Positions 30,516 to 39,712 of a stretch of 64,000 bases of DNA are shown here, piece after piece; positions within the stretch are counted from its first letter, which is position 1, and each line of letters opens with the position of its first letter. The translations under genes and the position numbers were made by a program. This DNA comes from an uncultured Holdemania sp. (GTDB taxonomy: Bacteria; Bacillota_I; Bacilli_A; Erysipelotrichales; Erysipelotrichaceae). Under the pieces are notes generated by a model. It saw nothing but the letters and a program-made list of their open reading frames with translations. It had not been told where the DNA came from and did not search any database. The stretch is from positions 20,642 to 84,641 of the forward strand of contig CAJFOC010000009.1 of NCBI GenBank assembly GCA_904395815.1, given 5' to 3'.

Positions 30516-32363
30516 TCAATCAATAATCTCCAGAATCAGTTTTCGCACATCCTGATTATTCTGCTCAGAGGTAACCCGTTTCAATTTTTCCAGTTTTTTC
30601 CTGATCTCTTCCTGAGAAATTTCCATCGGCTCATTGACATAAATCAGATTGTTAGCCGTCTTGTGCCTTTTCTCATTGCCCAGCGCCAGTTCCTCATACA
30701 TTTTTTCACCCGGGCGCAATCCGGTAAACACAATATCAATATCCTTATACGGTTCCAGTCCGGAAAGCCGGATCAGATCCTCCGCCAGCTTCAGAATCTT
30801 AACCGGACGTCCCATATCCAGAACAAAAATATCGCCTTCATTCGCGTACGCTCCTGCCTGCAGCACCAGCTGTGCCGCTTCCGGAATCGTCATGAAATAC
30901 CGGGTAATTTCCGGATCGGTCACCGTTACAGGTCCCCCATTGCGGATCTGTTCCTTAAACAGCGGGATAACCGAACCGTTGGATCCCAGCACATTGCCAA
31001 AACGGACCGCACCAATTTTGGTTACTCCGTTATTGCGCATCGACTGCACAATCAGTTCGCACATCCGTTTCGTCGCTCCCATGACATTGGTCGGATTGAC
31101 CGCCTTGTCCGTAGAAATCAGGATAAACTTGCCAACCCGGTTCTCAATGCAGGCCATCAGCGTATGATAGGTACCGAAGACGTTGTTCTTCACCGCTTCC
31201 TTCGGAGAATCTTCCACCAGCGGAACATGCTTGTGCGCCGCCGCATGGAAAAGGACATCCGGATGATATTTGCCGAGAATGTGATCCAGACGATCCCGAT
31301 CCCGAACCGAACCGATCAGACAGATCACCTCGACCTGTCTGCCGATCTTCCCCTGCCGCTTGGCCATGATGATTTCCTGCTGAAGCGCGTACATGTTATT
31401 TTCATATATATCCATGACGATCAGCTGCCGCGGTCCAAACGGCAGAATCTGACGGCACAGCTCAGAACCGATGCTGCCGCCCCCTCCGGTCACCATGACG
31501 ACTTTACCGCTGAGATATTCGCCGATCTCACTGTTATCCAGATGAATTTCACCGCGTCCCAGCAGATCATCAATCGAAACATCGCGAATGGAGTTCTGAC
31601 CGATTTCATCCTGATCAATGACCGAATAATCCATGATCCGCGTCTTCAGCTTGGCGTCGTTGCACAGCTGAATGACCTCTGAAATCCTCTGTCGGCCGGC
31701 GCTGGGAATGGCAATGTACACAATGTTGACCCGCTGCTTGCGGGCAATGTCCGCCAGATCGGCCGTGCTGCCCAGAATCTCCAAACCCGAGACTGTTTTT
31801 CCCCATTTGGATGGAGCATCGTCCACAAATCCGATAACCCGGCAATTGTGAACCGGATTGCGAATCAGTTCCCGCAGAAGAATATTCCCCGCGCTGCCGG
31901 CTCCGATGATCAGAGCTCTCAGCACGCGGTCCTTCTGCATCTGTGAACGCCGCCACAGCCGGTAGCATCCGCGGCTGCTCAGCATCAGAAACATCTGCAG
32001 CATCGCCGCGATCGCCGGAACGCTTCGTATATAATTTGGAATCGGCGCAGCCAGGACGACCAGAAACCAAACTCCGTTGCTGAGTGCCGCTGACACACAG
32101 ACCCGGATGATTTCATCGATTCCGATGTATTCCCACAATGAACGGTTGACCTTGAGAAGCCCAAGTACCGCCCAGTTGAGCAGGATCACTACCGGTAAGA
32201 AGAGAAGAATCGCTCGGAAATGAGCCGACTGAAAATCAGGCGGCGACAAACTGAAATCCATTCTGATCAGATACGCCAGCAGATAACTGACAATCACTGC
32301 CACCGTATCCAGCATCAGCAGGGAAAACTCCCGATGCCGCCGGACGAACCGGTAAACGCTGTT
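30516..32363 (-). CDS. capD: CapD/PglF membrane UDP-GlcNAc 4,6-dehydratase
   Basis: Four N-terminal TMs; IIGAGSAG, TGGGGSIGSE, AAAHKHVP, STDKAVNPTNVMGATKR and RFGNVLGS motifs; GGAG RBS before 32363. Confidence 0.92.
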   Translation of the reverse strand, partial: NSVYRFVRRHREFSLLMLDTVAVIVSYLLAYLIRMDFSLSPPDFQSAHFRAILLFLPVVILLNWAVLGLLKVNRSLWEYIGIDEIIRVCVSAALSNGVWFLVVLAAPIPNYIRSVPAIAAMLQMFLMLSSRGCYRLWRRSQMQKDRVLRALIIGAGSAGNILLRELIRNPVHNCRVIGFVDDAPSKWGKTVSGLEILGSTADLADIARKQRVNIVYIAIPSAGRQRISEVIQLCNDAKLKTRIMDYSVIDQDEIGQNSIRDVSIDDLLGRGEIHLDNSEIGEYLSGKVVMVTGGGGSIGSELCRQILPFGPRQLIVMDIYENNMYALQQEIIMAKRQGKIGRQVEVICLIGSVRDRDRLDHILGKYHPDVLFHAAAHKHVPLVEDSPKEAVKNNVFGTYHTLMACIENRVGKFILISTDKAVNPTNVMGATKRMCELIVQSMRNNGVTKIGAVRFGNVLGSNGSVIPLFKEQIRNGGPVTVTDPEITRYFMTIPEAAQLVLQAGAYANEGDIFVLDMGRPVKILKLAEDLIRLSGLEPYKDIDIVFTGLRPGEKMYEELALGNEKRHKTANNLIYVNEPMEISQEEIRKKLEKLKRVTSEQNNQDVRKLILEIID

Positions 32364-32432
32364 CATGAAACCGCTCCTTTTTGCCAACGAATATATTTCC
32401 CCTCCGCAGATAACCTGCGGTCAGACAAAATG

Positions 32433-32461
32433 ATTATAACATCATTCAACATGATCATCAA
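32433..32461 (-). promoter_or_regulatory. Sigma-A promoter of the polysaccharide locus
   Basis: TTGATG-17-TATAAT with an extended TG. Confidence 0.7.
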
Positions 32462-32831
32462 CGCTCTTTTCCCCTTCAACTTTTTTCACCTCTATTTAAG
32501 CCCTTACATAGGCAGAATAAGTCGTAATCTGTCGGTTATTGACAGAATTTCCCTGATTTTTCACCATCGATTTAATCGCTATCAAAAAACTTCCCTTTTC
32601 AATTAATTCAGAATTTTCATGACACATGAAATATAATGGAAATGCGGGCTTTTTGCGGCCATTTCCCGTTGTAAAGGACGTGGAAGACGCTGTCAGAAAA
32701 TGTCTACCATTTTTGACATTTTCCCGCCTATTCTCCTTGATTTTATTTTGATTCTTACAATTTTCTTGCTTTCACAAAGTCTTCACCATTTCTTTATATG
32801 ATAATGATCATTCATGGAAGGAGTGTTTTGA

Positions 32832-35033
32832 ATGAAGCAATCAATTCTTTCCCTGCTAGCCTGCTGCTGCCTGCTGAGCGCCTGCTCCCGGACAGAGAAT
32901 ATAGAAGAAACCGCCTCTCCGCAAGCCACCGACTCAACTCCGGTGATCTCCATCGTCGATCTGCCGGTAGAAGTCATGGCGCCGCTGGATCAGCCCGACT
33001 TTGAAACCAACTGGCACCTGGCCACAACCGACAGCAACGCTGAAATGAACAACACTGCAACGCAGATGAACATCACGCTTCATTACCCCGGCACCCAGGC
33101 CGACAGCGTGCAGGTTTTTCACGACGGAATTCCGATGACCAGCGGCGCCGTCTATCATCTCAGCTTCGAGATCACCTCTTCGATTCAGCGTCCGGTGGAA
33201 GTGTCCGTCATCAATCTGGACGACGGTTCTGTCCAGCTCAGCCAGACGATCACCGCCTCTTCGCAAGCCACTCACTGCGACCTGGAAATCACCGTCTCCG
33301 GCGCGACTTCCTGGAACGGCCGCATCGTTTTCAATCTGGGTCCCGTCCATGGCCAGAGGCAGGACGAATATCATGAAATCACGCTTGCCAACGTCCAGTA
33401 CCGGCTTTCCGAAGATCAAAGCGAAACGCCCAACATCAAAGTCAATCAGGTCGGCTATCTTCCTCAGGCACAGAAAAAAGTCGTCTTTCCTTACGACCAG
33501 GGCGATTATTTTCAGGTGATTCAGGCTGACAGCGGTGAAGTCGTCTACACCGCCCCCATCATCGGCCGCCATGACAACGAAAGTACCGGGGAAACAACCT
33601 ATTATGGCGACTTCAGCGCTCTGACAACGCCTGGACGTTACCGTATTCAGGCGCAGATTGCCGGAACTTCCTACGAATTTGAAATTCGCGAGGACCTCTA
33701 TCATTCCGTACTGGACAGCGCGGTCAAAATGCTGAACCTGCAGCGCTGCGGCCAAATGCTCAGCGAACAGACAGCCGGCGCGCTGGCGCATGAGGAATGC
33801 CACAACAGCCTTGCGCTTGTCTACGGCACCGAGGAAATGATCGACGTCAGCGGCGGCTGGCATGATGCCGGCGATTATGGGCGCTACGTTGTTACCGGCG
33901 TCAAAACCGTTACGGATCTGATGCTGGCCTGGCAGCTGAATCCGGATCTGTTTACCGACGATCTGGGAATTGCGGAAAGCGGCAACGGCGTTGCCGATAT
34001 TCTGGATGAAGCCCGCTGGGAACTGCAGTGGCTGTTATCGATGCAGAACAGCTGGGGCGGCGTCTATGATAAGGTTGTCACCGCCTCCTTCCCGGGCTAT
34101 ATCAGCCCGGATCAGGACGATGCGCCGCTGTTTGTCATGCAGGAAATGTCCACTGCCACCGGTGGGACAGCCGCCGCGCTGGCACTGGCTTCCGTGATTT
34201 ATCAGTCAGTCGATCCGCAATTCTCTCAACAGTGTCTGAACGCAGCGGAAAAATCCTGGGATTATCTGCAGCAGATGACGCTGACACCCTACTCCAACCC
34301 GGAAGGCTTCAGCACCGGCCATTATACGGACACCGTCGATGCGGACGAACGGTACTTCGCCTCCGCGGCCCTGTACTATGCCACAGGACGGACGCAATAT
34401 CTGGATCAGGCCCGCAGCCTGTTTGAAGCGGACGCCAGCCTGCTGCATGGAGTGGAATGGAAAAATACCGGCACTTACGGAACCTGGCTGCTATTGAAAA
34501 GCGAAACGCTGATGCAGGAGGATCCGGATTTTGCCGCTCAGCTTCTGACCCAGCTGATCGGAGAAGCCGAATCCATTCTCAGCGCCACCACCAGCGACAG
34601 CTATTTTGTCTCCCTGTACAACAACTATGTCTGGGGCAGCAATTCCCTGATCGCCAACAACGGTCTGATTCTGGCGCTGGCCAACGATCTGCGGCCAAAT
34701 ATCAACTATGTGAACAGCTCAGCCGATCACCTTCATTACCTGCTGGGACGCAACAGTCTGAACCTTTCCTTTGTGACCGCAACCGGATCCCAATCCCCGC
34801 ACAATCTTCACCACCGGCCGGCACTGGCAGTCCAAACCACGCTGCCGGGAGCGCTGGTCGGCGGTCCTAACGCCTCGCTGGAAGATCCGATCACACAAAG
34901 CCTGTTCAGCGATCAGACCCCGCCAGCCCGCTGTTATATCGACAATACTGAAAGTTACTCCACCAATGAAGTGGCAATCTACTGGAACTCTCCGCTGATC
35001 GCTCTGATCAGCGTCGTGGAGAAAAACAACTGA
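32832..35033 (+). CDS. GH9 glycoside hydrolase lipoprotein (CBM4_9-like, Ig-like and GH9 catalytic domains)
   Basis: Lipobox LSAC (Cys18); KVNQVGY; GGWHDAGDYG; HNLHHR; STNEVAIYWN. Confidence 0.9.
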   Translation: MKQSILSLLACCCLLSACSRTENIEETASPQATDSTPVISIVDLPVEVMAPLDQPDFETNWHLATTDSNAEMNNTATQMNITLHYPGTQADSVQVFHDGIPMTSGAVYHLSFEITSSIQRPVEVSVINLDDGSVQLSQTITASSQATHCDLEITVSGATSWNGRIVFNLGPVHGQRQDEYHEITLANVQYRLSEDQSETPNIKVNQVGYLPQAQKKVVFPYDQGDYFQVIQADSGEVVYTAPIIGRHDNESTGETTYYGDFSALTTPGRYRIQAQIAGTSYEFEIREDLYHSVLDSAVKMLNLQRCGQMLSEQTAGALAHEECHNSLALVYGTEEMIDVSGGWHDAGDYGRYVVTGVKTVTDLMLAWQLNPDLFTDDLGIAESGNGVADILDEARWELQWLLSMQNSWGGVYDKVVTASFPGYISPDQDDAPLFVMQEMSTATGGTAAALALASVIYQSVDPQFSQQCLNAAEKSWDYLQQMTLTPYSNPEGFSTGHYTDTVDADERYFASAALYYATGRTQYLDQARSLFEADASLLHGVEWKNTGTYGTWLLLKSETLMQEDPDFAAQLLTQLIGEAESILSATTSDSYFVSLYNNYVWGSNSLIANNGLILALANDLRPNINYVNSSADHLHYLLGRNSLNLSFVTATGSQSPHNLHHRPALAVQTTLPGALVGGPNASLEDPITQSLFSDQTPPARCYIDNTESYSTNEVAIYWNSPLIALISVVEKNN

Positions 35034-35054
35034 ACCTTCGTGGTGCTCACTAAA

Positions 35055-35108
35055 TCAAAAATGCCGGAACAGCAGGAATCCCCCTCCTGCTGTAACCGGC
35101 ATTTTTGA
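35055..35108. terminator. Bidirectional intrinsic terminator
   Basis: TCAAAAATGCCGG/CCGGCATTTTTGA outer stem plus ACAGCAGGA/TCCTGCTGT inner stem, between convergent genes. Confidence 0.85.
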
Positions 35109-35147
35109 TCTTTGTTTTCAGCTGAATTGTCATTTCAAAGCGCGCCT

Positions 35148-35702
35148 TCAATCCGCAGCGGACATCATAGCCGGATTGCCAAACCGACGGCAATCCTCCG
35201 CCATGTTCCTCTGAAAAAACGGCGAATCATTTTCGGATATCGCGACGATACCGTTGACCGCTTCATACAGCACCATCATCTCCGCCAGCATTTTCTGCTG
35301 ATTTCGATTCAGGTCCTGATCCGGACATTCGATTACCAGTTCTGCCTGAATCTGGTTGACAATCAGATACGCCAGCGTCATCACCATCCACACGACTCCC
35401 TGATTCGCATTCCCTTCGATACGGATGCGCAGAGTCCCGCTGACGATCCAGTCCTGCTGCTGATCACAGACCACCTGCCCGCCCAGAATGGCCTCCGCTC
35501 TGCGCAAAGCCGCCTGTCCGCACGCTCTTTGAAACGCATCGAAGCCCGGCCGGGACTCCATCAGTTTTGAAAATCCGTTGCTCAGCAAAGGGCGAAGCTG
35601 ACTCCGCCATGAACTCAGACTGCTGTTCTCAGCGAAACGCTCCCTTCGTATCCAGATCCTTTCTCTGATCGGCCGATGCTCATCCCAATTCATTTCCGTC
35701 AT
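35148..35702 (-). CDS. Hypothetical 184-aa protein resembling a degenerate ABC/AAA_21 ATPase C-terminal half
   Basis: GGAGG RBS before ATG 35702; see findings for the motif comparison. Confidence 0.6.
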   Translation of the reverse strand: MTEMNWDEHRPIRERIWIRRERFAENSSLSSWRSQLRPLLSNGFSKLMESRPGFDAFQRACGQAALRRAEAILGGQVVCDQQQDWIVSGTLRIRIEGNANQGVVWMVMTLAYLIVNQIQAELVIECPDQDLNRNQQKMLAEMMVLYEAVNGIVAISENDSPFFQRNMAEDCRRFGNPAMMSAAD

Positions 35703-35871
35703 AGATTTTCCTCCACATGATATTCGAAAAACGTGCGATTTCATCTTACCGCACGCAACAGAAGATGACAAGGAAAAAGCCGCCGCAAAAGCGCAATCTT
35801 TGCTCAACATGAACTCTGATTTCACCCCAATGTACATCGCAGTTCACCTTTTCCCTGATCAGCTCAGACAG

Positions 35872-35920
35872 AAAAAAGCGAACCTCTTTTAGTCGGAATA
35901 TCCCACTTTGAGGTTCGCTT
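35872..35920 (-). terminator. pheST terminator
   Basis: AAGCGAACCTC/GAGGTTCGCTT stem with a U-tract on the minus strand. Confidence 0.8.
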
Positions 35921-35948
35921 CTCAATTTTCGCTTTTCCGTTATGGCGT

Positions 35949-38342
35949 TCAGCCGCGCAGCACAGCGCCGCAGTCGTTTTTCAGCCGTTCCAGCACGCTC
36001 TGATGCACGCTTTGAATCTGCTGATCCGTCAGCGTCTGTTCGCCGGACTGATAGGTGATCGACAGGGCCACTGACTTGCTGCCGGCTTCCACATGCTCGC
36101 CCTGATACACGTCAAACACCTCTACTTCGCGAACGAGTTTGCGGCCAGCCGCCTTGATCGAACGAATCAGCTGCTGCGCCTGCACCTCTTCCCGTACGAC
36201 CAGCGCGACATCGCGATGCACCGCCGGGAACCGATCCATGGCGGTAAACCGAACCTTACCGGCCTTGCTTTCCAATAACAGCTCCAGGTTGAATTCGCCA
36301 GCCACTGCCCGGCTGACGCCTAACTGACGGGCCAGCGACGGATGAATTTCTCCCATCACACCCAGCAGTTTTCTGTCCAGCATCACGCAGGCGCTGCGGT
36401 ACGGATGGAAATGCTCCTGATCGAGATCATTCTGCCGGAATTCGATTCTCTCCGCGCTGAAGCCCAATTTTTCCAGCGCTTCCATCAGCACTCCCTTCAT
36501 CGTGAAGAAGTCGCTGCTGACCTGAACACGATGCAGCCGGGAGCTCTGCAGATTTCCCGCCATGACCATCGCCAGACGTTCCTGCTGCTTCTGATCGGCA
36601 TACAGATGCGAGATCTCAAACAGATTGACATCCTCGTTTTTGTGGTTCTGATTGTAAGCCAGGCATTCCAGCAGGCTCATCAGCAGCGAAGTCCGGACAT
36701 AACGCCGCTCTTCACTCATCGGCGAGGCCAGCTCGATCGCTTCTCCCAACGGCATCAGGCCATGATCGATATACCGCTTGGATACCAGCGTATAGGTAAT
36801 GATTTCAGAAAGGCCCATCGCATTCAGCGTCCGCTGCAGCGTCCGGCGCAGCTGCTGACGATCGCTGAGCTGACCGACAGTCGCTTTCATCTGCGGCAAC
36901 GTAGTTTTCAGCCCTTCATATCCCAATAACCGGATGATTTCCTCATCCAGATCCTCACGGATATTCAGATTGGTACGATAAGACGGAATCGTGCAGGTAA
37001 TCTGATCGCCCTGCTGCTGCGGATTCAGATTCAGATCGTTCAATACGCCGACGACCTGTTCCATCGTAAACGAGGTGCCCAGCAGCTGATTGCAGTGACT
37101 CAGCGTTTCCGTAACGGTCCGCTCAGGATTGCGCAGTTCGCCCACCACCAGCGTTTCCTCGAAGTCGCGCGCTTCTGCCAGCGAACTGAGCAGCTGGACC
37201 GAACGGTCTACCGCCTTGATTGCCGCCAGCGGTTCCACGCCCTTGATAAACCGGCTGGCTGCCTCCGTATTCAGTCCCAGACGACGGGCTGTGTTGCGAA
37301 TGGAAACCGCGTTGAAATCCGCCGCCTCGATGAAAATGCTTGTCGTGTTCTCATCGATCTTGCTTTCCTCCCCGCCCAGGATTCCCGCAATGCCGGTCGG
37401 CACTCCGCCGGTAGTAATCAGCAGATCGCCACGACGAATTTCATACTCCTGACCATCCAGCGCCTGCATCGTCATCTCCACGTCATCCACCACGGTAATC
37501 TCATGATGCGGCAGCTTTTTCAGATCATAATAGTGCAGCGGATGGCCGGTCTCCACCATGACATAGTTGGAAATATCGACCACGTTGTTGATCGATTTGA
37601 TGCCTGCCGCATGCAGCGCGTTCTGCAGCCATTTCGGCGAAGGGCCGACCTTGACATGATTGACCACCTTGCCGATAAACAGCGGACACTTATCCGTCTT
37701 GCTGCTCAGGCGGAAATTTCCCGGAACGCCGACCTTCGCCGCACCCTGACAATCCGGCCAGCGAACCGGCCGATGCAGCACGGCGCCGACCTCCATCGCG
37801 ATATTCCACATCGCGTTGCAATCCGCCCGATTGGGCGTCAGTCCGATATCCAGAATCGTATCGTCCAGTCCCAGCGCTTTCAGCACTTCGCTTTCGCCTA
37901 CCGGAATCGATTCGTCGACTTCATAAATTCCCGCCAGCTGCTGTTCCGTCTGCCATTTTTTATCCACGCCCAGCTCCGACAGACTGCAGATCATGCCGTT
38001 GGACTGCTGTCCGCGGATGACCGTCGGCTTGATCTGCAAACCGCCGGCCAGCACCGCGCCGACCCGCGACACGATGACCTTCTGTCCGGCCCGCACATTC
38101 GGTGCGCCGCAGACAATCTGCAGCACCTCAGCGCCGACATCCACCGTCGTGACATGCAGATGATCGCTGTCCGGATGGTCCTCACAGGTCAACACCCGCC
38201 CGATGACCAGCCCGCTCGCCTGGGCCATCGTTTCGATCCCTTCGACCTCCAGACCGGCGATCGTCAGCTTCTGCGCCAGCTCCTGGGGCGATACGCCTTC
38301 CAGATCGACATATTCCTTCAGCCAGTTGATACTCATTCTCAT
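35949..38342 (-). CDS. pheT: Phenylalanyl-tRNA synthetase beta subunit
   Basis: MRMSINWLKEY, HPDSDHL, IVCGAPN, LTPNRAD, NNVVDISNY and a C-terminal FDX-ACB domain. Confidence 0.97.
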   Translation of the reverse strand: MRMSINWLKEYVDLEGVSPQELAQKLTIAGLEVEGIETMAQASGLVIGRVLTCEDHPDSDHLHVTTVDVGAEVLQIVCGAPNVRAGQKVIVSRVGAVLAGGLQIKPTVIRGQQSNGMICSLSELGVDKKWQTEQQLAGIYEVDESIPVGESEVLKALGLDDTILDIGLTPNRADCNAMWNIAMEVGAVLHRPVRWPDCQGAAKVGVPGNFRLSSKTDKCPLFIGKVVNHVKVGPSPKWLQNALHAAGIKSINNVVDISNYVMVETGHPLHYYDLKKLPHHEITVVDDVEMTMQALDGQEYEIRRGDLLITTGGVPTGIAGILGGEESKIDENTTSIFIEAADFNAVSIRNTARRLGLNTEAASRFIKGVEPLAAIKAVDRSVQLLSSLAEARDFEETLVVGELRNPERTVTETLSHCNQLLGTSFTMEQVVGVLNDLNLNPQQQGDQITCTIPSYRTNLNIREDLDEEIIRLLGYEGLKTTLPQMKATVGQLSDRQQLRRTLQRTLNAMGLSEIITYTLVSKRYIDHGLMPLGEAIELASPMSEERRYVRTSLLMSLLECLAYNQNHKNEDVNLFEISHLYADQKQQERLAMVMAGNLQSSRLHRVQVSSDFFTMKGVLMEALEKLGFSAERIEFRQNDLDQEHFHPYRSACVMLDRKLLGVMGEIHPSLARQLGVSRAVAGEFNLELLLESKAGKVRFTAMDRFPAVHRDVALVVREEVQAQQLIRSIKAAGRKLVREVEVFDVYQGEHVEAGSKSVALSITYQSGEQTLTDQQIQSVHQSVLERLKNDCGAVLRG

Positions 38343-38364
38343 GGGTTCTTCTTCTCCTTTCCGC

Positions 38365-39399
38365 TCAGTCAAACCGATCAAACATCTTCAGAAACCGTGT
38401 GTCGTTGATGTAGAAATTCCGGATATCATCGATGCCGTACTTCAGCATCGCCACCCGTTCCAGCCCGACGCCAAAGGCAAAACCCGAACACGCCGAAGAA
38501 TCAAAACCGGCCATATCCAGCACATGCGGATGCACCATTCCGGCGCCCAGCACTTCAATCCAGCCCGTCCCCTTGCAGACCGGACATCCCTTACCACCGC
38601 AGAGATGACAGCTGACATCCACCTCCACACTCGGTTCGGTGAACTGGAAATACGACGGACGGAAGCGAATCTGACGTCCTTTGCCGAACATCCGATCCGC
38701 CATAAACTGCAGCGTTCCCTTCAAATCCGTCAGCGTGATGTTTTCGTCGACAACCAACCCTTCAGCCTGCATGAACTGATGCGAATGGGTCGCATCGTCA
38801 TCGTCGCGGCGATACACCTTGCCCGGACAGATCACCTTGATCGGCAACCGTCCCTGCGCCTTTTCCAACTCCCGCATCTGAATCGCCGTCGTATGCGTCC
38901 GAAGCAGAACCTGCGGATTGATATAAAACGTATCCTGCATATCTCTTGCCGGATGATCTGCCGGAATGTTGGCCCGTTCAAAGTTATAGAAATCCAGCTC
39001 CACTTCCGGTCCCTCGGCTACGGTGTACCCCATGCCGATAAACAGATCCTCGATCTCCTGGCGCACCAGCGTCAGCGGATGCAGAGTCCCGCTTCGAAGC
39101 GCCGTCCCCGGCAGCGTGATATCAATCTTCTCCTGCTGCAGCTGCCGGTCTAACGCTTCCTTTTCCAGCAGCGTCTGTTTTTTCTCCAGCGCTGCGCTGA
39201 CTGTTTTCTTGCAGTCGTTGACCTGCTGGCCAAACGCCGGCTTCTCCGTTGCCGGCAGATCCTTCATCATCGTCATCAGTGACGAAATGGACCCTTTTTT
39301 GCCCAGAGTAGTGATCCGGATCTGCTGCAGCTGCTGCAGATCCGTGCAGGCTTCGATCTGATCCAGTGCCTGCTGCTGAACTTGCTGAATTTTTTCCAT
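38365..39399 (-). CDS. pheS: Phenylalanyl-tRNA synthetase alpha subunit
   Basis: [28 protein letters not shown] and [10 protein letters not shown] motifs; AAGGAG RBS before 39399. Confidence 0.97.
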   Translation of the reverse strand: MEKIQQVQQQALDQIEACTDLQQLQQIRITTLGKKGSISSLMTMMKDLPATEKPAFGQQVNDCKKTVSAALEKKQTLLEKEALDRQLQQEKIDITLPGTALRSGTLHPLTLVRQEIEDLFIGMGYTVAEGPEVELDFYNFERANIPADHPARDMQDTFYINPQVLLRTHTTAIQMRELEKAQGRLPIKVICPGKVYRRDDDDATHSHQFMQAEGLVVDENITLTDLKGTLQFMADRMFGKGRQIRFRPSYFQFTEPSVEVDVSCHLCGGKGCPVCKGTGWIEVLGAGMVHPHVLDMAGFDSSACSGFAFGVGLERVAMLKYGIDDIRNFYINDTRFLKMFDRFD

Positions 39400-39419
39400 A
39401 GCCTTCTCCTTTACCTGAC

Positions 39420-39650
39420 AAAAAAACCGCCGTCCCTGATTCAGGAACGACGGCTCGCGGTACCATCCTGATTTACCGATAGACAACCGTCTTAACCGGT
39501 ACACCTTCAGTTTCTCATAACGTGAGAAAGACGGGGATCATTACTCCCACTGTGAAGGTGAATTCACAGAAACCTGCACAGGCAGGAAGACTTTCAGCGG
39601 GTCATCTTCCCTCTCTTTTCCCGGGTTTTTCTGTTACTGCTCCTTCAGTT
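39420..39650 (-). ncRNA. T-box riboswitch, Phe (UUC specifier)
   Basis: AGTA loop, AGAGAG and GCTGAAAG boxes, GAA-TTC-A specifier (39560-39562), AGGATGGTACCGCG (39456-39469) and a terminator with U7. Confidence 0.92.
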
Positions 39651-39669
39651 CTGGCGCTTTACAGTTGTT

Positions 39670-39698
39670 ATTATAGCCACAGCGGCGCTATTTGGCAA
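39670..39698 (-). promoter_or_regulatory. Sigma-A promoter for the T-box/pheST leader
   Basis: TTGCCA-17-TATAAT. Confidence 0.8.
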
Positions 39699-39712
39699 GC
39701 AATTCTTTCCGC

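Noticed and set aside
32682-32695. CcpA cre site upstream of GH9 (GGAAGACGCTGTCA)
   Set aside because: At least two mismatches and no clear promoter relationship; cannot be told from chance.
32364-32831. Invertible (phase-variable) promoter for the polysaccharide locus
   Set aside because: The inverted repeats are short and closely spaced, none flanks the promoter, and there is no recombinase in the window.
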